A model generated the notes under the pieces. It worked only from the letters and a program-made list of their open reading frames with translations. It ran no database searches and was not told where the DNA came from. The position numbers and the translations under genes are program-made. Source: Vicinamibacterales bacterium (GTDB lineage: Bacteria > Acidobacteriota > Vicinamibacteria > Vicinamibacterales > UBA2999). From it: 64,000 nucleotides of DNA. Every line of letters starts with the position of its first letter. Within the stretch, counting starts at the first letter, position 1. Positions 18,295-27,644 of this stretch are shown one piece after another. The stretch lies in contig DASYRM010000113.1 of assembly GCA_036004405.1 (NCBI GenBank), forward strand, positions 60,111-124,110. The letters are read 5' to 3'.

Positions 18295-20436
18295 TTACGG
18301 CCGGCCGCGCCCCAGGAGGCTCAGCGACGGGTCGCCCTTGAACCGCGTCCGTGCCTCGGCGCGGATGGCCTCGGCGCGTTCCTTGTTGCCCATCGCCGTC
18401 CAGGCCCGGGCCGCGGCGCTGCTGCCCTCGGGCGTCGGCAGCGCTTCGACGAGATCCTCCAGCACCAGCGCCGCATCGTCCTCGCGATCGAGCGAGTGAT
18501 AGAGCAGGGCGAGCGTGACGTAGGCGCGAGGGTCGAGCGGAAACAGCCGGACTTCTTCCTTCAACTGCGTTTCGGCGTCCGCCGGCTGTTCGAGGTGCAC
18601 GAGCGCTTCGCCGAGCGCCAGGTGCAGCCCGGGCAGCGTGCCGCCGCCGCCTTCGCCGCCGTCCCACCGCGACGCTTCGAGCAGGGCCGCCTGCGCTTCT
18701 TCGTAGTGCCCGCCGTCGAGCAGCTCGCGGCCGCGCACGAACTGCCGCAGCGCGCGCGAGCCGTCGAGGTCGAACCGCGCCTGCGCCGAGCGCTCCGCGG
18801 CGGCGACGTCGCGACGATCGATGGCGATGCGGGCGGCGGCTTCGAGCGCCGCGGCGCGATCGGCGGGCGCGCCGCCCTCGCTCAGCGCCACGGCGGCGTC
18901 GGCCTTCTGCTGCGCCTGATCGAGCTTGCCGGCGCGGGCGAGCGCGTGCGACAGCGCCAGCGTCGTCGTCACCCGATCGGGCCAGGTCTTGTCGGCGTCG
19001 CCAAACACCGTGACCGCCTCCTCGAGGCGGCCGGCGCGCTCGAGCAGCGTGCCGAGCTGCAGCTGCAGCGCCGGCACCTGCGGGTTGGCGCGCACCAGCT
19101 CCCGCAGCCCCGCGGCTGCGGCGCCGAACTGACGCGTGCCGACGAGCGCGGCGGCGCGGCGATGACCGTCGAGCAGCATGGCCTGGTCGTCGGGGAGTGC
19201 CGTGGCGGTGGTCTCCGGCAGATCGGGCGCCGCCATCAGGATGCCGAGCTGCGCGAAGAGCTCGGCGTCGAGCGTCGAGAGCGCCGCGGCAGCGGCCGGC
19301 ATGCGTGAGTCGAGCAGGCGGTTGAGCGCGGCGCCGAGCGCCGCGGCGTCGTGCACGACCGGCGTGGGGTTCGGCAGGTCGGCACGGTCGAGCGTCACCA
19401 GCCGGTCGGTGGCCTCGCGCACGAGACGGGCGCCGTCGCTCGTGAGCGCGTACGACGGACGGCCGCCGAACCGGTACCACGCGGCGAGCGACTCCGCGTA
19501 GAGCGGACGCACCGGCACCGTCTCGTCGCTGTCGTCGAGCACCGCGCGCAGCGAGCGGCCGCGGAGGCCGCCCGGGATCGGGGCGCGCACCAGGTCGAGC
19601 ACCGTCGGCAGGAGGTCGATGTGCTGCACGGGCGGCCGCACCCGCCGTCCGGCGCCGTCCTGATCCGGCTGCTTCACGATGAGCGGGACGCGCAGCGTGG
19701 CGTCGTCGAGCCGCCCGGTGACGGCGCCGGCGCCGCGCCCGCCCACCACGATGATCGTGGCCTTGTCGTAGAGCCGGCGCTCTTTCAGCAGATCGAGCAG
19801 GCTGCGCGCCACGGCGTCCACGCCCGCGGCCGGCACCTCCACGAAGAGCATGAACCGCTGGCCGTTCTGCGATCGCAGCCACTGCGCGGCGGTCTCGAAC
19901 GTGGCGGCTCCTGGCCGCTCGACGACCGGCCGATCCTGCGCGTCCTCGCCGAGCTCGCCGCCGTAGAACGCGAAACCGCGCGAGAGCCCGGTGGTCTTGC
20001 GCAGGAGGAACGACGACACCGCGGCGCCGGTGGAGAAGCCGCGGCTGCGCAGCAGCTCCGCCAGCGTCCGGGTATCGGTCTTCAGCGCGAATCCGGCTTC
20101 GTCACGGACGCCGTGATCGAACGGCAGCTGCCCGGTGAGGAGCGACGTGTAGGCCGGCAACATGGCCGGGGAATGGATGTAGGCGTGCTCGAAGACGACG
20201 CTGTCGGCGGCGAGCGCGTCGATGGCCGGCGCCGCGCTCGTGCGCGCGCCGTACGACGTGAGCGCCGTGCTCGACAGACCGTCCACGGCGAGCAGGACGA
20301 TCGGCCCCTGATGCGGCGGCGACTCGCGTGCGTACCACCAGCCCACCGCCGCGGCGCCCACCGCCGCCGTGAACACCAGCGTGACGATGAGCGTCGCCTG
20401 CCAACGGCGAGTGCGTACGCGTGGCCGGCCCGGCAT
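18295..20436 (-). CDS. Sulfatase-like (alkaline phosphatase superfamily) domain protein with C-terminal TPR repeats
   Basis: 713 aa. N-terminal TM/signal. Sulfatase N-terminal domain (LLAVDGLSSTALTSYG...LPAYTSLLTGQLP). C-terminal half TPR-like repeats. Confidence 0.75.
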   Translation of the reverse strand: MPGRPRVRTRRWQATLIVTLVFTAAVGAAAVGWWYARESPPHQGPIVLLAVDGLSSTALTSYGARTSAAPAIDALAADSVVFEHAYIHSPAMLPAYTSLLTGQLPFDHGVRDEAGFALKTDTRTLAELLRSRGFSTGAAVSSFLLRKTTGLSRGFAFYGGELGEDAQDRPVVERPGAATFETAAQWLRSQNGQRFMLFVEVPAAGVDAVARSLLDLLKERRLYDKATIIVVGGRGAGAVTGRLDDATLRVPLIVKQPDQDGAGRRVRPPVQHIDLLPTVLDLVRAPIPGGLRGRSLRAVLDDSDETVPVRPLYAESLAAWYRFGGRPSYALTSDGARLVREATDRLVTLDRADLPNPTPVVHDAAALGAALNRLLDSRMPAAAAALSTLDAELFAQLGILMAAPDLPETTATALPDDQAMLLDGHRRAAALVGTRQFGAAAAGLRELVRANPQVPALQLQLGTLLERAGRLEEAVTVFGDADKTWPDRVTTTLALSHALARAGKLDQAQQKADAAVALSEGGAPADRAAALEAAARIAIDRRDVAAAERSAQARFDLDGSRALRQFVRGRELLDGGHYEEAQAALLEASRWDGGEGGGGTLPGLHLALGEALVHLEQPADAETQLKEEVRLFPLDPRAYVTLALLYHSLDREDDAALVLEDLVEALPTPEGSSAAARAWTAMGNKERAEAIRAEARTRFKGDPSLSLLGRGRP

Positions 20437-20465
20437 ATCTCTGAACGGGATCCTGAGGCCTGCTG

Positions 20466-21128
20466 CTACTGGTTGCGCGAGACGGCGCGGATGGCCGCGC
20501 TTTCGGCCAGCGCCCGCTCGTTGGTGGCGTCGCTCTTGAGCAGTTGATCGTAGGCGTCGAGCGCCTGGCGGTAGAGGGTCTGCCGCGCGCCGGGATCGTT
20601 TTCGGCCATCGCCTTGCGGCGATACAGATCACCGATCACCAGGTTGACGGAGGTGAGCTTCGGGTTCTTGGTGCGGATCTCCTGATACGCCGTGATCGCC
20701 TGATCGAGCCGGCCGGCGTCGCGCAGCCCCGCGGCCTCCTGAATCATCTGCTGGATGTTGCGATCGAGCGCGTTCGGGATCGGCCCGGGATCCTTGCCGA
20801 GCATGAACTGCATCGGCGGCGCCGCGGCGACGCGAATCGGGGCGTTGGTCTCGACGGTGAAAAAGCCCGGCGCCTCCACGGTAAAGTGCCAGGTTCCGCT
20901 CTTGAGGCCGATCATCGCCCAGCGCCCCCGATCGTCGGTGGCGGAGGCGAACTGCGCCGGCGAGGCATCCGGGTTGGTCGCCTTTACCGTCGCGCCCTTG
21001 ATGGCCTTGCCGGTTGTGTCCTTCACCGTCCCCATGGCCCGCCCCTGCGCGTGGGCGGCGGCGGCCAGGCCGAGGAGAACGGCAACGGAGGCCGTTACGA
21101 TGCGGAGCTGCAGTCGCATGGGCCCCAT
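20466..21128 (-). CDS. Secreted CarboxypepD_reg-like domain plus TPR protein
   Basis: 220 aa. Signal peptide. GTVKDTTGKAIKGATVKA...DDRGRW carboxypeptidase-regulatory-like beta-sandwich. TPR-like C-terminus. Confidence 0.65.
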   Translation of the reverse strand: MGPMRLQLRIVTASVAVLLGLAAAAHAQGRAMGTVKDTTGKAIKGATVKATNPDASPAQFASATDDRGRWAMIGLKSGTWHFTVEAPGFFTVETNAPIRVAAAPPMQFMLGKDPGPIPNALDRNIQQMIQEAAGLRDAGRLDQAITAYQEIRTKNPKLTSVNLVIGDLYRRKAMAENDPGARQTLYRQALDAYDQLLKSDATNERALAESAAIRAVSRNQ

Positions 21129-21194
21129 CTTATCGCAGCTCGGTAAGTCCCGGTCCGGCCGGATTTGCCGCCTAACTCACACGAGATTGGAGAC

Positions 21195-22454
21195 TTATCG
21201 ATTTCCGGCCACCAGCGCCGGCCGCCGCCCGACCTTCCGGCTGTTCGAGCGCGAGTCGAAGTGGATGTCGTCGTCGGTGTTCGGGCGGGTATCGGGCCCG
21301 CTGCTCCACAGCACGAAGGCGTCGCCATTCGTCTCGTAGCCATACCGTCGGCCGTCGAACGGATCTTCGGGCTCGAATTCGTAGCGCCGAGCCCGATTGA
21401 ATCGTTTGTAGAGCTCGTCGTCGTCGGCCGGCAGGTCGCGGCCAGCGGACGATTCCTGCCGCAGGAAGATGACCAGGCGATCGAAGTCCTCGGCGAGCTG
21501 CTGGTCCGCGATGTCACGCGGGAGCGGCTCGAGTCTGGGCTCGGGCTGCGCGGCGGCCGCGGCCTGCTGTTGCGACACGGCCTGCGACAGCTTCGGAAGC
21601 AGCACCGCGACGGCCACGCCGCCGACCACGATGGGCAGCGTCACGGCGGCGATCACCGCGAGCGCCCGCACGTTGCCGGCCGTGCGAGGCACGGGAACCG
21701 ACTCGAGGGACGGTTCGAGTACTACGAGGCGCGAGGCGAGAGGCGGGTGCGTGGACACCCACTCGGCCAGGCGCATCAGGCCGGTATTGAGAGTGGCGCG
21801 CTGCGCCACGAGCGCCCGCTGGTTCACGCGCGGGCCGTGTGCCCCGCCCACTGCGAGAATGGACAGCCCCAGCAACGCGCCGTCGCGGTTGCCCGCCAAC
21901 GCAAGGCCGTATCGATCGCAGGTGTATTCGCGGGCGCGCGAGAGCGTCGTGCCAAGAAACGGGACCAGATAAGACGGCAGGAGCAGCCAGTGCCAGCGCA
22001 GATGCCCGCGCCAGACGTGCGCCAGCTCGTGACCCACGACCATCTCGCACGCCGCCGTGTTGTCGCCGCATGCGTTCACCAGATCGGAGTACAGCACGAT
22101 GATGTCGGCGGACAGGAATCGCGTCGCGAACGCGTTGAGGGCGCCGCCCGACTGCAGCAGGTACGCTTCAGGAGCCCGCGCGAGCCCGATGCGCTTCGAC
22201 AGCCGCTCCACCATCTCGTGCAGCTCGGGAAACTGATCCGGGCCGAGACGGACGCCGTTGCCGCGGACGTGCGCAATCAGCAGCATGTGCGTGACGAAGA
22301 AGAACCACCCGAGGAGGATCGCGTAGACGATCCCGATGACCGAGATCGTCAGCAGGGCCCAGAGCAGGACCGAGACGAGGAGCGCCAGGACGGAGAGCCA
22401 GGGCTCGCTGCGCCAAGGCTGGACGCGAACGCGTTCTTCCGACGGATGCAGCAC
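21195..22454 (-). CDS. M48 family zinc metallopeptidase (membrane-anchored)
   Basis: 419 aa. N-terminal TM helices. HELAHVWRGH HEXXH motif with downstream Glu typical of M48/HtpX-like peptidases. Confidence 0.8.
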   Translation of the reverse strand: MLHPSEERVRVQPWRSEPWLSVLALLVSVLLWALLTISVIGIVYAILLGWFFFVTHMLLIAHVRGNGVRLGPDQFPELHEMVERLSKRIGLARAPEAYLLQSGGALNAFATRFLSADIIVLYSDLVNACGDNTAACEMVVGHELAHVWRGHLRWHWLLLPSYLVPFLGTTLSRAREYTCDRYGLALAGNRDGALLGLSILAVGGAHGPRVNQRALVAQRATLNTGLMRLAEWVSTHPPLASRLVVLEPSLESVPVPRTAGNVRALAVIAAVTLPIVVGGVAVAVLLPKLSQAVSQQQAAAAAQPEPRLEPLPRDIADQQLAEDFDRLVIFLRQESSAGRDLPADDDELYKRFNRARRYEFEPEDPFDGRRYGYETNGDAFVLWSSGPDTRPNTDDDIHFDSRSNSRKVGRRPALVAGNR

Positions 22455-22484
22455 GTGACCTCCCTGTAAAGGCGATGGGGTCCG

Positions 22485-22901
22485 TCAGTAAATCCGATAG
22501 AGCATCACGTAAATAACGACGCCGGTCACTGAGACGTACATCCACAGCGGCAGCGTCCAGCGGGCCAGCGGTACGTGGCGGTCGAAGCGCCCGCGCAGCC
22601 CTCGATTGGCGGTCACGAGCGCCATCGGCAGGATGACCGCGGCGAGCACGATGTGCGTGACGAGGATCGTCAGGTAGACCACGCGCACGGGACCCTGGCC
22701 TGGGAACGGCTTCGATCCGATGTTCGCGTGATAGGTGACGTAGCTCACCAGGAAGAGCGCGGAGGTGCCGAGCGCCGTGAGCATGGCGCGCTGGTGGTTC
22801 ACGCGGTCGCGACGGCGGATGAAGACGTAGCCAAGCGTGAGGCAGAGCGCCGAGATCGCGTTCAGCGTGGCGTTGAGCGCCGGGAGGTCGGAGATCTGCA
22901 T
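22485..22901 (-). CDS. DUF420 family membrane protein (associated with cytochrome oxidase/heme A loci)
   Basis: 138 aa, 4 TM. MQISDLPALNATLNAISALCLTLGYVF.... Real gene is the 3' third of the chimeric 454-aa ORF 22485..23849. Confidence 0.7.
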   Translation of the reverse strand: MQISDLPALNATLNAISALCLTLGYVFIRRRDRVNHQRAMLTALGTSALFLVSYVTYHANIGSKPFPGQGPVRVVYLTILVTHIVLAAVILPMALVTANRGLRGRFDRHVPLARWTLPLWMYVSVTGVVIYVMLYRIY

Positions 22902-22909
22902 CCGCCTGG

Positions 22910-23827
22910 CTACATCCAGACGCGGTTGGCGACGAGCGCGCCGAGCAGCAGCGCAAGGTAGAGGATCGAAAACAGAAACAGGCGGCGCGCCGTGCCGGGC
23001 GAGCGTTCCTGCGCGAAGCGCACGCTGAGCCCGATGTAGAGGAACCCGAGCACCGTGGCGACGGCGGCGTACGGCAGACCGGCGAGTCCGGTGATGACCG
23101 GCAGCAGGCTGACCGGCCACAGCACCGCGGCGTAGAGCAGCGCCTGATACCCCGTGCGGCGGCCGTCGGGTTCGAGCACCGGAAGCAGTGGAATGCCGGC
23201 CCGTGCGTAGTCGTCGCGATACATCCACGCGATGGCCAGGAAGTGCGGCATCTGCCACAGGAACACGATGCCGAACAGCACCACTGCCGGCCCGGAGACC
23301 GATCCGGTGGCCGCCGCCCAGCCGATCACGGGCGGCAGCGCGCCGGGCACGGCGCCGACGAGCGTGGCGAGCGACGTCCGCGTCTTGAGCGGCGTATAGA
23401 GGAACACGTAGCTCGCGAGCGTCGCGGCCGCCACTGCGGCCGCCGTGAGGTTGGTGAACACGGCGAGCTCCACGAGGCCGGCGATCGACAGCACGGCACC
23501 GAGCGCCGCGCCTTCCGCCGTCCCGAGCCGGCCGGCCGCCAGCGGGCGGTTGCGGGTGCGTCGCATCAACGCGTCCGTCGTGCGCTCGAACACCTGGTTC
23601 AGCGCCGCCGCTCCGCCCGCGACCAGCGCCGAGCCGACCAGCGTGTGGACGAGCAGCGACGCGGAGACGCCGGCGGGTTCCGCCAGGTACAACCCCGCAA
23701 GCGTCGTGATCAGGACGAGCAGGTTGAGCCGCGGCTTGGTGAGCGTCACCCAGTCCGCGGCGCGCGCGACGCTGGCGCCGCGCGCGTCGGCCTGCGGGGC
23801 GTCGGCCGTGGGGGCCCCGCTCGTCAC
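22910..23827 (-). CDS. ctaB: Protoheme IX farnesyltransferase (heme O synthase)
   Basis: 305 aa UbiA-family prenyltransferase. GTG start. TLTKPRLNLLVLITTLAG motif. Overlaps ctaA by 4 nt. Confidence 0.9.
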   Translation of the reverse strand: MTSGAPTADAPQADARGASVARAADWVTLTKPRLNLLVLITTLAGLYLAEPAGVSASLLVHTLVGSALVAGGAAALNQVFERTTDALMRRTRNRPLAAGRLGTAEGAALGAVLSIAGLVELAVFTNLTAAAVAAATLASYVFLYTPLKTRTSLATLVGAVPGALPPVIGWAAATGSVSGPAVVLFGIVFLWQMPHFLAIAWMYRDDYARAGIPLLPVLEPDGRRTGYQALLYAAVLWPVSLLPVITGLAGLPYAAVATVLGFLYIGLSVRFAQERSPGTARRLFLFSILYLALLLGALVANRVWM

Positions 23828-24819
23828 GCGCGCGCCCCGGCCGCGGCACCCGAATGATCAGGGCCGGCCGTCAGGCGGCTGTCGGCCACGCGGCCGGCGG
23901 GCCCGAGCGCGTCGCCGAAGCGGGCCCGATGCGCGCGCAGCGTCAGGATCAGCGTGGTGGCCAGGATGCTGGCGCCGGTGACCACGTGCAGCGAGTTGAT
24001 GATGTATTCTTTGCGGCTCAGCACGGTGAGCGCGCCGAGCGTGATCTGGAGCGTCACCAGCGCGAGGAGCAGGATCGAGGGCCGCAGCAGTTCGAGCCGG
24101 TTGCGGTGACGCGCGAGCACGTGGCCGGTGGTGGCCAGGAGCATCAGCGTCACACACAGCGCGCCGACGCGATGCGCGAAGTGGATGGCGATCTTCGGAT
24201 CCCAGTGGTCCGGCACCAGGTGGCCGAACATCCACGGGAAGTCGGGAATTGCCAGCCCCGCGTCGGTGTGCCGCATGGTCGCGCCGACGACGATCTGCAG
24301 GTACACCGTGGCCAGCGTGGCCAGCGCGACGCGCTGCAGGGTGCGATCGTCTGGCGCCGGCCCGCGGCGGGAGTAGCGCGAGCGCCAGCCGGGCGACGTG
24401 ACGAGCGCAATCGTGGTGGTGAGGCAGAACACGATCTCCGCCAGGCTCGCGTGCGCGATCGAGATCGGATCGGGCAGGTACCACAACACGGTGATGCCGC
24501 CCAGCACTCCCTGCGTAATCACCGCGCCGAGCGCGATGAACCCGAGCCGCCGCACCCAGCGCCGCGGTTCCACCCGCCAGAGCCAGAACGCGAGCACCAG
24601 GATCAGGAAGCCGACGGTGCTCGCAATCAGCCGGTGGCTGTGCTCGTAGAAGATGCCGCCGACCCAGTTCTCCCTCGGGAAGGTGAACATGAACCAGCCG
24701 TAGGAGTTCGGCCAGTCCGGTACGGACAGGCCCGAGCCCGTGCTGGTGACGAGGCCCCCGGCAAAGATCAGGACAGCCGTGGAGGCGGCCGTCAGGAGCG
24801 CGAAGAGAAACAGGAGCAT
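23824..24819 (-). CDS. ctaA: Heme A synthase (COX15/CtaA family)
   Basis: Start set at M23 (MLLFLFALL...) to avoid a 47-nt overlap with the upstream cupredoxin gene. Full ORF extends to 24885. Conserved His pairs in TM helices (EHSHRLIAS, HF..AHR). Confidence 0.85.
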   Translation of the reverse strand: MLLFLFALLTAASTAVLIFAGGLVTSTGSGLSVPDWPNSYGWFMFTFPRENWVGGIFYEHSHRLIASTVGFLILVLAFWLWRVEPRRWVRRLGFIALGAVITQGVLGGITVLWYLPDPISIAHASLAEIVFCLTTTIALVTSPGWRSRYSRRGPAPDDRTLQRVALATLATVYLQIVVGATMRHTDAGLAIPDFPWMFGHLVPDHWDPKIAIHFAHRVGALCVTLMLLATTGHVLARHRNRLELLRPSILLLALVTLQITLGALTVLSRKEYIINSLHVVTGASILATTLILTLRAHRARFGDALGPAGRVADSRLTAGPDHSGAAAGARA

Positions 24820-24838
24820 TCGAACAACTTCCGGTGCC

Positions 24839-25597
24839 TTACCCGCTGAACGTGAAGGCGACGTCCTTCGATTCCTTGGCGCCAATCGTCACGCTGGCCG
24901 TCTTGGTGCCGAACTTCTCATGCCAGGCCTCCAGCGTGTACGTGCCGGGCGGCAGCCCCTTCAACTCGAACGCCCCGTCGGCGCCGGTGACCGCGAAGAA
25001 CGGGTGCGCCACGACGCCGACGAACGAGTTCATCCAGCGGTGCACGTCGCAGCGGAAGGGCACCATGATTTCCGGCGTCGTGAAGACGTGCGTGTCCTTC
25101 ATGCCCTGCAGCGACTGGCCCATGTTGAACTCCTGGTTCGTCTGCGGCCAGGCGTGGATGTTGTGCAAGGTCATGTCGCTGTTGAGGATCTCGATCGGCT
25201 GGCCAGCCTGCACGCCGAACACGTGCGGGCGGTACTGGCAGCCCTTCTGGTCGAGCACGAGCGCGCTCGTCGGCACCGGGAACTTCAGGTTGCCAAGGCC
25301 ATCCTTCACGTAGACGAACACGTTCTGCAGCGAGCCGTCGCCCGACACCATCACCGACTCCGTCTTCGCTCCCGCGTTCATGCAGCGCGGGTCCGACGAC
25401 ATCGAAATCGTCTCGGCCTTCGGCGGCGTGCCCATGAAGGTCACCTTGCCGATGACGGCGCCGGCTGTGGCCGGGTCTACCGGGTTGGTCACCGGGGCCG
25501 CCGGCGCGGGGCTCGACGACTTGGACTCGCCCCCGCACGCCGCCGCCAGCGTGGCGACGAGCGCCGTGAACACCATGGTTGTCGAGCCGATGCGCAT
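24839..25597 (-). CDS. Cupredoxin-like lipoprotein (putative type-1 copper site, amicyanin-like C-x2-H-x2-M)
   Basis: 252 aa. Lipobox AAC|GG. Candidate His (HNIHAW) then CDVHRWM ligand spacing near the C-terminus. Sits directly upstream of ctaA-ctaB. Confidence 0.55.
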   Translation of the reverse strand: MRIGSTTMVFTALVATLAAACGGESKSSSPAPAAPVTNPVDPATAGAVIGKVTFMGTPPKAETISMSSDPRCMNAGAKTESVMVSGDGSLQNVFVYVKDGLGNLKFPVPTSALVLDQKGCQYRPHVFGVQAGQPIEILNSDMTLHNIHAWPQTNQEFNMGQSLQGMKDTHVFTTPEIMVPFRCDVHRWMNSFVGVVAHPFFAVTGADGAFELKGLPPGTYTLEAWHEKFGTKTASVTIGAKESKDVAFTFSG

Positions 25598-25639
25598 GCG
25601 GGACCGCTCCTCAGGGAGTAACAGGTAATTATCCCACTT

Positions 25640-27031
25640 CTACGAGGCCGGCCCCCCGGCCGCCTTGATCTTGCGGAGCACCCGGTCGTCCATCCACTGC
25701 TTGCTCCACCAGTCCACCGGCGTCACCTGCTGGCCGCCGACGAGCATCGTGAAGTGGAGGTGGTCGCCGCCGGCCAGACCGGTCATGCCGCTGCGGCCGA
25801 TCACCTGCCCCTTCTCCACGCGGTCGCCGACCTTGACGCCGAGCGACGACAGGTGTCCGTAGAGCGACTGCACGCCCATTCCGTGGTCGATGATCACGCA
25901 GTTGCCGTAGATGCCCAGATACGCGGCGTGCACGATGACGCCCTTCTGCGCCGCCTTGATCGGGACGTTGGCGGTGACGGCGAGGTCGAAGCCGAGATGC
26001 ACCTGCTGATCGACGTCCTTGCCCTTGTAGATGTAGGTGCGGGTGTCGGCGAACTTCGCCTCCACCTGCGAGTCGCCCAGCTGCTGAAAGGCGTCCATGA
26101 ACATCAGCTCCGGCGACGACTTCTTCGCAAGGCTGGCGATGTAGGCGTTGTTCTCGCGGCGGAGGTCGCCGTTGATCTTCAGGAACCCCGCGAGCAGGTC
26201 GCCGGGCGGCACGCTGATCGACGGTGAGTTGCCGGCGATGGCCGGCACCACGCGGCCGAGGAACTTGTCGTCGATCTCGATGCGGCTCTTCTGATACGCC
26301 TTCGGGAACACGCGGTTGTCGAGCGCGGCCTGCGCCTCGTTGCCCGCCTCGTCGCGCGCGAACACCTGGATGGGCGCGTCGAGCGGCTGATCGAACAGCA
26401 GGGCGAAGAACGCCACGCGCATGGCGGGGTCGCTGGTGATGCCGACGCCCTTGGCCGGGTAGCCCGGATACTCCTTGTCGCCCACGCGGACACCCGACGC
26501 GACGTCTTCGGGCGTCGCGCGGTACACCACGAATTCGCTGCCGCCGTGGTTGATGTAGTGGAAGGTCGAGAGCACCGCGAGCTGCGGCGGCTCCAGGCGG
26601 ACCTGGACGTCGCGGGTGACGACCGTCTCGATTTCGCGCAGCCCGTAGAGCACCGGCCGGGCCGCCCGCACCGTGATGCGCGCCGGTCCCGAGCGCAGAT
26701 CGGGAATGGCCTTCTGCCCGATCGGCTTGATGACATAGACCTTGTCGGCGGCCTCCTTCTTCGCGTCCGTACTAGCAGTGCGCGCCTGCGGCTCGAGGGT
26801 GAACACGTCGTGGTTCACGCCGTTCTGCGCCAGCGTCACGCTGGCGTGTGAGAACCGTCCCTCCGGCGCCTGGAGCGTCAGCTCGAGCGATGTGGACTGC
26901 CCCACGAAACGGTCGGGGTACTTGAGATCGATCGTCGGGCCGCTCATGCGGCCGGCCCACCACCAGGCGCCGCCGAAGCCGACGGCGGCGAGAAGGACGA
27001 TCACCAGCAGGAACTTCAGCAGCGCTCGCAT
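25640..27031 (-). CDS. M23 family peptidase (lysostaphin-like endopeptidase)
   Basis: 463 aa after trimming. Start MRALLKFLLVIVLLAAV (TM anchor). C-terminal M23 motifs HxxxD...GDHLHF. The 706-aa ORF 5' extension is Arg-rich artefact and overlaps a plus-strand gene. Confidence 0.8.
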   Translation of the reverse strand: MRALLKFLLVIVLLAAVGFGGAWWWAGRMSGPTIDLKYPDRFVGQSTSLELTLQAPEGRFSHASVTLAQNGVNHDVFTLEPQARTASTDAKKEAADKVYVIKPIGQKAIPDLRSGPARITVRAARPVLYGLREIETVVTRDVQVRLEPPQLAVLSTFHYINHGGSEFVVYRATPEDVASGVRVGDKEYPGYPAKGVGITSDPAMRVAFFALLFDQPLDAPIQVFARDEAGNEAQAALDNRVFPKAYQKSRIEIDDKFLGRVVPAIAGNSPSISVPPGDLLAGFLKINGDLRRENNAYIASLAKKSSPELMFMDAFQQLGDSQVEAKFADTRTYIYKGKDVDQQVHLGFDLAVTANVPIKAAQKGVIVHAAYLGIYGNCVIIDHGMGVQSLYGHLSSLGVKVGDRVEKGQVIGRSGMTGLAGGDHLHFTMLVGGQQVTPVDWWSKQWMDDRVLRKIKAAGGPAS

Positions 27032-27172
27032 CCAGCGATGATAGCGCGGTCGTGGCGCGCGACCGCATGTACGGCTAGCAATTCGCGCTGTCCTCCAAGG
27101 GATTCCCGGGCGCGGTAGGCCGTGACGCTGAGTTAAGCTGCCGGCGCAGCCTTCCGTCAGAGCGAGGTACTG

Positions 27173-27637
27173 ATGAAGAGGACCTCCGAAGCGACGCTCG
27201 TCGAACGAGCCGGGTTCCTGTACCGCCAGCTGCTCCTCTTGCAGCGCGTGTTCCCTGATGCCAATGAGGACACGCGGCCCCTTCCTTTTGGAGACGACGG
27301 CGACACCCGCTCGCTCTGCTTTGGCGTGCGCGAGGTGCTGAACCAGCTCGCCGAGGAGGCGCGCGTCCTCACGACCGTGCCGCTGCCGATCGGGCACTGG
27401 CGTCCCGGCGACAGCGCCGACGACGAGCGCTGGCGCGCCCTGACCGAGGTCGAACGGCGCGAGGTGGCGTCGCTGCTGACCGGCTACGAGGAGCTGATCG
27501 CGCTGATCGAACGCGAGCCGTTCCGCAACACGTCGGAGGCGCGCGAGACTCTGCAGGTGGAGCGTGCGCGCCTGGCGCGGTTCCGCCAGGACATGGGGTT
27601 CCTCGACCGCCGGCGGTCGCAGCGCGAGACCGCCTGA
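27173..27637 (+). CDS. Hypothetical cytoplasmic protein
   Basis: 154 aa, balanced composition unlike surrounding artefact ORFs. No recognisable domain. Confidence 0.5.
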   Translation: MKRTSEATLVERAGFLYRQLLLLQRVFPDANEDTRPLPFGDDGDTRSLCFGVREVLNQLAEEARVLTTVPLPIGHWRPGDSADDERWRALTEVERREVASLLTGYEELIALIEREPFRNTSEARETLQVERARLARFRQDMGFLDRRRSQRETA

Positions 27638-27644
27638 GCCCGCG

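Noticed and set aside
22485-23849. 454-aa ORF spanning the DUF420 and ctaB region
   Set aside because: Chimeric. Only the last 138 codons (DUF420) are plausible. The rest is an out-of-frame shadow of ctaB (22910..23827).
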